Below, in pieces: positions 63,523-64,000 of a stretch of 64,000 nucleotides of DNA. Below the pieces are notes generated by a model. It was not told the origin of the DNA. It searched no databases and worked only from the letters and a program-made list of their open reading frames with translations. Position 1 is the first letter of the stretch; each line of letters begins with the position of its first letter. The DNA comes from Octopus sinensis (Eukaryota). The position numbers and the translations under genes are program-made. The DNA lies in contig NC_043013.1 in NCBI RefSeq assembly GCF_006345805.1, positions 35,402,001 to 35,466,000 on the forward strand. The letters are read 5' to 3'.

Positions 63523-64000
63523 GAAAAAGGAAATCCGTTGGAAAAACAAAAACAGAACAGAGGCGGAGCAAAAAACAAATCGAACTGTGCTCCTAAGAGC
63601 CCATGGCGAAACTGTTTATCAGTGTATGTTGAGAACCGGTGGCTGAAGAATTCACGGGTCAGGCATCGGTCAATCATGTGGGTGAGGGTGTATAGATGTT
63701 CTTTGTGACCGAGAATAAAGTTCTGACTATTTAAAGAATATTGGATGTTTTATATGTGGCGAGAAAAAATCTACTTAGAGACGTGTGTGTGTGTATACTG
63801 TTCTATATATGTGTGTGTTGGCGTAGGGGTAGAAAACATTTTTTGTGTACGTGTGTGCGTTTGATCGTTCGGCTGTCAGGGCTACTGCCGTGATAACCGT
63901 TGGGTGGCAGAAGAAAAAAATAAAAAAATTATAATATATATTATGTTTTATGTGTGTGTGTGTTCATCTAAGCCTACCTTGTCAAGGACCCCCCGCTGTG

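Noticed and set aside
63592-63612. cctaaga-GCC cat GGC-GAAA hammerhead look-alike on the plus strand
   Set aside because: The core CCUAAGA misses U4 and G5, and there is no stem III or stem I.

Overview
AT-rich eukaryotic DNA dominated by microsatellites and transposable-element debris. The repeat families look like those of an octopod cephalopod; that is my recognition, not something provable from this window. I cannot support any host protein-coding gene: nearly every long ORF in the track is a translated microsatellite. The only recognisable coding pieces are decayed transposon fragments: two mariner DD34D-type, two maT/DD37D-type, two CR1-type LINE 3' ends and three RTE-type LINE 3' ends. 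Non-coding repeats include five tRNA-headed SINE families (my labels A, B, C, E, G), many RTE 3'UTR remnants (family D), several MITEs (one hAT-type with an 8-bp TSD), a dimeric minisatellite and a higher-order repeat built from TG microsatellite. The main result is hidden RNA structure. Six unrelated short repeat families each carry a type I hammerhead-ribozyme outline: stem I, CUGANGA, stem II, GAAA, a palindromic mini stem III, UH, then stem I. There are 12 full outlines plus 2 half motifs in 64 kb. The best-preserved are at 63444-63522 (-), 48151-48277 (+) and 45596-45641 (-). One family (E) fuses a tRNA-like Pol III head through a trinucleotide microsatellite to the hammerhead tail and twice shows an inverted 5' duplication. 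This suggests a ribozyme-carrying SINE mobilised by Penelope-like elements. The SINE-A tail also matches the 3' end of a CR1-type LINE fragment in the window, and family D is the 3'UTR of an RTE LINE. All structures were paired by eye; no activity or database novelty has been tested.
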